Program-made: the position numbers and the translations under genes
Origin: Candidatus Poribacteria bacterium
GTDB taxonomy: Bacteria; Poribacteria; WGA-4E; WGA-3G
NCBI GenBank assembly: GCA_965215265.1
Contig: OZ244048.1
Span: 3,200,001-3,264,000 of the forward strand
Direction of reading: 5' to 3'
DNA: 64,000 bases
Notes under the pieces: generated by a model
Database searches by the model: none
Told to the model about the DNA's origin: nothing
Seen by the model: the letters and a program-made list of their open reading frames with translations, nothing else
Shown: positions 58,300-64,000 of the stretch, piece after piece
How the letters are laid out: each line of letters begins with the position of its first letter
Position numbering within the stretch: position 1 is the first letter of the stretch

Positions 58300-61005
58300 T
58301 TACCCAATTGATGCCATCTCCAATAGTCCTTTCATAGATGTCTGTAGCATTCGCTTCAGTAATTGGTGCTCAGGTGCCTTCAATTTCGCATCTGTTTTGA
58401 CGACTCGTGCTGCTTCCTTTTTCGCTTCTTCCAAAAGAGATATATCGCTGAGAATGTTAGCGATTTTAAAATTTGGGATTCCGGATTGCCGCGTGCCGAA
58501 GAATTCGCCGGGCCCGCGGATGCTGAGATCTTCTTCAGCCAATTCAAACCCGTTGTTTGAGCGGACCATCACCTGTACTCGGCGGTATGCATCATCCGTT
58601 TTCGGTGTAGCGATGAGGTAGCACGCGGATTTGTCGTGTCCTCTACCGACGCGCCCACGCAATTGATGCAGCTGCGCCAAGCCGAACCGTTCCGCGTTTT
58701 CAATTACCATCAACGTTGCATTAGGGATGTCGATGCCGACCTCAATGACGGTCGTCGCAACGAGGATATCAATCTGATGTGCGTTGAACTTAGACATGGT
58801 CTCCTGTTTTTCCGTAGACTTCATTTGGCCGTGCAGCAGCCCCACCCGCAGCTGTGGAAAGACCTCGTGTTGGAAGTGTTCCGCCATGCTTGTCGCCGCT
58901 TTCAACTCTTCAAGTTTCTCGGATTCTTCAACGAGCGGATAAACAATGTAAGCCTGTTTGCCTTTTCGGACTTCCTGTTCGAGCATGCGGTATAACCGTT
59001 CCCGATCTTTTTCTTTCATCCAGAAAGTTGCAATTTTCTGCCTGCCGGGTGGTAATTCATCAATGACGGAGACGTTTAGGTCTCCGTAAATGGTGAGTGA
59101 GAGGGTTCGCGGAATCGGAGTCGCTGTCATCACGAGTACATCTGGTGCTTGTCCTTTGTGCCGTAACGTTGCACGTTGCATCACACCGAACCGGTGTTGC
59201 TCGTCAATTATAGCGAGGCCTAGTTTATGAAATTCCACTCCTTCTTGTATTAACGCCTGCGTTCCAACGATGAGGTGCGCGGTGCCGTCTTTAATGGCTG
59301 CGAGAGCTGCTTGCCTTTCAGATTTCCGTAAATCGCTCTTGAGAAGAATGACGTTTAAGCCGAGAGGGGCAAAAAGCCCCGAGAGATTATGATGATGTTG
59401 CTCGGCGAGGATTTCAGTCGGTACCATCAACGCGCCTTGGTAGCCATTCTGAATTGCGCAGAGCAGTGCCATCGCGGCTACGACGGTTTTTCCTGAGCCG
59501 ACATCGCCTTGGATGAGGCGGTTCATGACTTTTTTGCTTCCCATATCCGCCTGAATTTCGTCGAAGACCTGTTTTTGCGCGCGAGTGAGTTCAAAGGGGA
59601 GGCTCTGAATGAATTTCTGTAGGAGTGAGTTTTGGCGATTCGCTTTAGAATCCACCCTAGCTCCGTGCTTATCGTTCTCAATCCGGAATTCAATGCCTTT
59701 TTGGGAAGTGCTGCGATCTTTCCTGAGCTCCATGCCGAGGCTGAGCAGGAAAAATTCATCGAACGCCAGGCGTCGCTGTGCGGCGAGTCGATGTGCTTCG
59801 GAGTCCGGAAAGTGAATGTGGTTAATCGCTGTTTGCCGATCAATCAACTGTTGATGCTGGCGGATTCGCGATGGTAAAAATTCGGGGATCTGCGTTCCGT
59901 ACTCATCAAGGGCGGTGCGAGTCCACGTGCGTAGCATTTTCGCTGTAATCTTCGCGGTAAGCGGATATTTAGGCACGATACGTTTTGTATGAATTAAAGT
60001 GTCGTTTTCTGCATCAAACACCTCAAATTCATAATCGGTTGCCTGAATTTCGTTGTAACGGCGTGAGAATTTGCCGCTCACGACGACTTCGGTGCCTATG
60101 GGTAAAATTGATTTGATATACCCTATACGTCGTCCGAAATTCACTAATACTGCAACCCCCGTCTCGTCGTAAATAGAGACTTTGCCGACGCGCGGGCGCC
60201 CTTTCGCGGTGCGTTTGTTGGCAGTATGATTCACCACCTTGCCTTGAATTGTCTCAGGTTCCCCATCGTCTGTTCTCCCGACGTTGTATATGTCCACTGT
60301 TTTGGATCTGTCGATGTAGTCGCGAGGGTAGTGCTCTAAGAGCTCGCCGACCGTCCGGATGTTCAGTTCCGCTGCTAACAGTGCTGCGCGGCGTGGTCCG
60401 ATGCCTTTAAGATATTGGAGCGATTTTGATAAGAAGGATAGGGATTCCACATCGGTTGAAACGGGTGTCTCTGAAATGTGAGCCGGTGCCTCGGAGACAG
60501 GACGCGTTGAAGAGACGGGAGCCGGGGAGGGGTGTGCCACAGAACCTGCTATCTCTTTCAGCAGCGGCAAATTGGCTGTTATTGTCGCGTGCTGCTGGCT
60601 GTTCGTGGTATAAGTCGTGCTTTCTTCTGCTAAAACAGGCGTTGACTGTTGCTTCTGTGTCGTCTGGAACAGGGGCAAATTTTTGTTTGATCTAGATTTG
60701 GGCGGACTGGAGGCAACGGATTTTCCTTTTCCTGCTCCCAATGCGTTTCCGATCTGCTGTATAGCGGCTTCAATGGTGTGCTGCCGTTCGGTAGGAGATG
60801 CGTGTTCGTAGTTTTCAAAAAGTGCTGAGAGTGCGTTCAAAACGGCTTTCTCATCTGGCTTGAGCGAGAAGGCCTCGCCATTTTTCACCCAGAGTCGGAC
60901 GTACGCGCCCAAGCCGTTAACAACAACACTGTCGTTACATCCCTTCTGAATTTCTTGCTGAAATGGACGGCGGATGGTGGTGAGAATTGTTTTGAAATTG
61001 TCCAT
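58300..61005 (-). CDS. recG: ATP-dependent DNA helicase RecG with N-terminal extension
   Basis: LKGIGP, RRLAFDE, QGDVGSGKT, DEQHRFG, TATPIPRTL, QLRGRVGRG, RGPGEFFGTRQSG; start re-assigned to ATG 61005 (MDNFK). Confidence 0.95.
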   Translation of the reverse strand: MDNFKTILTTIRRPFQQEIQKGCNDSVVVNGLGAYVRLWVKNGEAFSLKPDEKAVLNALSALFENYEHASPTERQHTIEAAIQQIGNALGAGKGKSVASSPPKSRSNKNLPLFQTTQKQQSTPVLAEESTTYTTNSQQHATITANLPLLKEIAGSVAHPSPAPVSSTRPVSEAPAHISETPVSTDVESLSFLSKSLQYLKGIGPRRAALLAAELNIRTVGELLEHYPRDYIDRSKTVDIYNVGRTDDGEPETIQGKVVNHTANKRTAKGRPRVGKVSIYDETGVAVLVNFGRRIGYIKSILPIGTEVVVSGKFSRRYNEIQATDYEFEVFDAENDTLIHTKRIVPKYPLTAKITAKMLRTWTRTALDEYGTQIPEFLPSRIRQHQQLIDRQTAINHIHFPDSEAHRLAAQRRLAFDEFFLLSLGMELRKDRSTSQKGIEFRIENDKHGARVDSKANRQNSLLQKFIQSLPFELTRAQKQVFDEIQADMGSKKVMNRLIQGDVGSGKTVVAAMALLCAIQNGYQGALMVPTEILAEQHHHNLSGLFAPLGLNVILLKSDLRKSERQAALAAIKDGTAHLIVGTQALIQEGVEFHKLGLAIIDEQHRFGVMQRATLRHKGQAPDVLVMTATPIPRTLSLTIYGDLNVSVIDELPPGRQKIATFWMKEKDRERLYRMLEQEVRKGKQAYIVYPLVEESEKLEELKAATSMAEHFQHEVFPQLRVGLLHGQMKSTEKQETMSKFNAHQIDILVATTVIEVGIDIPNATLMVIENAERFGLAQLHQLRGRVGRGHDKSACYLIATPKTDDAYRRVQVMVRSNNGFELAEEDLSIRGPGEFFGTRQSGIPNFKIANILSDISLLEEAKKEAARVVKTDAKLKAPEHQLLKRMLQTSMKGLLEMASIG

Positions 61006-61708
61006 ATTTTTTTGAAAACGGTATCTATATCGTTTTGAATTGTGTAATAATTGTCGCCGGTTTTGGGGTGCCCCGCGAACCGTGCTGGCATTGAAAAAGA
61101 AAGTTAAGGAGTCCGGCTCTGTAATAGTATAACAAATTATTACCGTGATTGGCAAGTGAAATAGGTACCTCACTTACTCCAATTTTTGCAGCAGCCTTAC
61201 CGTTCTTCTCTTACCCATCCTACCTATCCTGATTTGGCACGTTACCTCACACGGTTGTTTCAAGGGCTATTTTTGTTGCATTGCTGCACACCTTATCCAC
61301 ACGAGGAACATACACTAAATGTTATTTATTTTTTTACTTGATTTTCATGCAGTAGGTGTGATAATATGAGTCATATCTCCTGCGAATTGAGAGGTGCGCC
61401 TAAGGTGTCTCTAGTACCCATTGACGCAGTACTGCTGTAGAAGACGTTTGCTCCACATCAAAATGCTCGGCGAATGATAATTGTGGAGGTGACGTAGTCG
61501 GCAGTTGTAGAGAGAATTGCTCTTGCGAGAGTTGTTGTGACTCTTTCTGTTCACAAGGTTCATCTGCTTCCAACAGATGTGAGGAAGGTTGTAACGAATC
61601 AGATATTGGCCGAAGTAGTTAGGGAGTGCCTGATAGAACTTCCTAAAAATTCTATAACGCACAATTTGCGATCTTTTGCCGCTCACTGTGAAAAAAAACG
61701 GGAGGTAT

Positions 61709-63703
61709 ATGGTGGAAAATCGGAAGGTACAGACATTTACACAAGGTTCTGACATTACTACGGATGTTATCACGTGGGCTTTACCAGAGGGCGCGATTGC
61801 CCGCTTGGCACGAGGCAGGGCTCAAGACGTGGCCTTCTCTCCGAAAAGGAACACGCTTGCCGTCGGCAGTCGTGTTGGAGTCTGGCTATACGATATGTCC
61901 ACCATTTCCCCTATTGCTTTGTGGGATACAGAACGCGGCGTTGTTTTTGCTGTCGCATTTTCACCGGACGGGAACTTGCTTGCTACCGGCAATTGGGACG
62001 GAGATGTCAAAGTGTGGGACGTACAGAGCAAACGGTGCATCTCAAAAATGAGGCGAGAGGGGCATTTTGATGCTGCTTCCCAACTCGCATTTTCGCCGGA
62101 TGGACAACGTCTTGCCTCTTCTGGTGGACGCTACGATGCGGTTTATGTTTGGTGTCCGGAAACTGGCGAACAGGTTGCGAAATTCACCGTTGAAAATGCT
62201 CCCAAAGGGAGTGCACGCCCCACCATCATCCCGCTTACCTTTTCACCAGACGGAAAACAGGTCGCCGCCGCGACACCCGAAAACACTTTTTCTATCTGGG
62301 ATATTGAGACAGGCGAACGCTTCGCTTGTTTCAGTGGACAGACTGAAATGGTAGTTGCCATCACTTTCTCACCGTGTGGTAGGTTTATTGCCTCTGGAGA
62401 TAGAAAGGGGACACTACGACAATGGGATGTCAGAGCTGCACATCTGATTGGAACCCCTGTTCAATATTCAAAGAACGCAGTGATGCCTAGCTATGCTGTG
62501 GCAGGTGTCTTACGAGCTGCAGCGGTTTATCAAACGACTATCGCCGTGTGGGATGTGGAACGCGATGAGAAGCTGGAGACGTTTGAACATCGTGGGAAGA
62601 TTGACGCGATGCGCTTTTCAAATGGCACAGATCTGGCGGTCACAAGCTACTCTGATTTCAAAGTGTGGACTGCGGATACCGCTCATCAGGTTTCTTCTAT
62701 TCCTGGGCACACTCACGTCCCCTATTCTCTGACGTTATCACCTGATGGGAAGACGCTGGCAAGTGTCGGCTTCGGACTTGCCACTTGTTGGGATGTAGCG
62801 ACGAAACAACCTCGGCGTATCTGCTGTGCCCAAACACACGTCCGTTCGCTCTCTTTTTCCCCGGATGGCAGCAGACAAGCATTGGGCACCCAGGGACAAT
62901 CGGGAAGCACGCTTAGTGTGTGGAATGTTGAAACCAACGAAACCTTCGCCACTTTTACTGCCCATGAGAAAGTTCCAACTGAAGCGGCATTTGCCCCTAT
63001 AGGTGGGCTTTGGGCAAGTGGAGATGTAGAAGGGACAGTGTATGTGTGGGATGGTTCTGGGAAACAGACGGCCTGCCGAGGGCATACCGAGTCTATTAAG
63101 GCCCTGGCGTTCTCTCCGGATGAGAAGCACCTTGCGAGTGCGTCAAGAGATAAAACGGCGCGGGTGTGGGATGTTGCGTCAGGTGAACAGATTATCTCCC
63201 TGCCTTTATCACTACCGGTGCATATCTGTTTACCTGCTTCAAGAGCGCGGTTAGCCCCGGAGGTCTATAAAGGCGATTTTGATAGGATCGAATCTGTATT
63301 GAACGGAGAAAAACCCCGGTCGCACAACCCGGCAATCATGGCGATTACATTTTCCGCGTGTGGGAATCTCATCGCCGGGGGTTTTGAGGGTGGTATTCGG
63401 ATATGGGATGCTCATTCCTATGAAACTTACATGCTCCTACTCTTACAGCGAGAATATAGACGGCAATATGCTTTAGCCTTTTCTCCGTGTAGTCGGTATC
63501 TGGTCTCAGGGGCGTGGTGGTGGTCGCCTCTGGAAAAAGTTCCTATCTATGTGTGGGATGTTGGCACGGGTGAGAATGTTGCGACGTTCTGGGGCCACTC
63601 GACGGATGTGCAAGATTTGGCGTTTTCGCCCGATGGCACGTTATTAGCGAGTGGGGGTTTTGATGGCACTATCCTGCTCTGGGATATGAAGCCTTATCTA
63701 TGA
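61709..63703 (+). CDS. WD40 repeat protein
   Basis: Many AFSPDG...WD repeats; GGAGGT RBS before ATG 61709. Confidence 0.9.
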   Translation: MVENRKVQTFTQGSDITTDVITWALPEGAIARLARGRAQDVAFSPKRNTLAVGSRVGVWLYDMSTISPIALWDTERGVVFAVAFSPDGNLLATGNWDGDVKVWDVQSKRCISKMRREGHFDAASQLAFSPDGQRLASSGGRYDAVYVWCPETGEQVAKFTVENAPKGSARPTIIPLTFSPDGKQVAAATPENTFSIWDIETGERFACFSGQTEMVVAITFSPCGRFIASGDRKGTLRQWDVRAAHLIGTPVQYSKNAVMPSYAVAGVLRAAAVYQTTIAVWDVERDEKLETFEHRGKIDAMRFSNGTDLAVTSYSDFKVWTADTAHQVSSIPGHTHVPYSLTLSPDGKTLASVGFGLATCWDVATKQPRRICCAQTHVRSLSFSPDGSRQALGTQGQSGSTLSVWNVETNETFATFTAHEKVPTEAAFAPIGGLWASGDVEGTVYVWDGSGKQTACRGHTESIKALAFSPDEKHLASASRDKTARVWDVASGEQIISLPLSLPVHICLPASRARLAPEVYKGDFDRIESVLNGEKPRSHNPAIMAITFSACGNLIAGGFEGGIRIWDAHSYETYMLLLLQREYRRQYALAFSPCSRYLVSGAWWWSPLEKVPIYVWDVGTGENVATFWGHSTDVQDLAFSPDGTLLASGGFDGTILLWDMKPYL

Positions 63704-63753
63704 ATTTCACCGGTAAAGTCAGGTTTATGTCATTCAAAAAGGGAGGGATTAGG

Positions 63754-64000
63754 TGAAACATCAAATACTCCAGATTCCGCCCTCGCTTTTTCAGCGTGTG
63801 GTGAGTGGCTTGCGGTTGGTAATACGGACGGTATTGTGAAAGTGTGGAACGTGAAGCGTGGCATCTGCGTCACTCAGACAGAACGTCTCCAGCGGGTAAG
63901 GCGAACCATCCAGTAACTTTGGTGTTGTGGTATGGTGCGATGGCATACTCGCAGTGGGTGGGTAAACGCCTGCCCACCGAGGCGGAGTGGGAAAAAGCGG
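63754..64000 (+). pseudogene. Chimeric remnant: one WD40 repeat followed out of frame by an FGE-sulfatase (SUMF1) domain fragment
   Basis: [25 protein letters not shown]...stop; a second frame from ~63894 reads [35 protein letters not shown]. Confidence 0.65.

Noticed and set aside
61006-61173. 56-aa N-terminal extension of RecG in the ORF track
   Set aside because: AT-rich, promoter-like sequence; ATG 61005 is the more plausible start
61411-61773. Small ORFs upstream of the WD40 gene
   Set aside because: No motifs and overlap with the WD40 start; cannot be supported as genes

Overview
Bacterial chromosomal window. The gene content (DUF6785-type membrane protein, PhyH dioxygenase, several Gfo/Idh/MocA and Eis-like GNAT enzymes, a cohesin-dockerin-FlgD/T9SS-like secreted protein, WD40 proteins, Rpn repeats) resembles Candidatus Poribacteria; this is inference only. 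Metabolic and housekeeping genes include a nitrite/sulfite reductase-TusA fusion running off the left edge, E1-alpha, dehydrogenases, a MoxR/DUF58/SpoIIM/RDD cluster, a corrinoid protein-ASKHA activator-homocysteine methyltransferase cluster, a DegT aminotransferase and recG. They are interspersed with defence or nucleic-acid-modifying loci: a fused MNT-HEPN, a type II R-M pair whose nuclease is frameshifted in an A9 tract, three tandem rpn genes each with an internal Shine-Dalgarno/ATG, and an SNF2-DUF3883/DUF1156/DUF499 restriction-like island. The most unusual item is a bacterial archaeal-type tRNA-guanine transglycosylase fused to a domain carrying the exact archaeosine-synthase motif PCx3KPYx2Sx2H (24431-26389). 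Also notable are a 65-bp insertion bounded by 18-bp direct repeats that splits comEC, an array of tandem sigma70 promoters (14557-15242) and a tRNA-like fold at 2741-2809. All family assignments come from motif recognition by eye; no searches were run.
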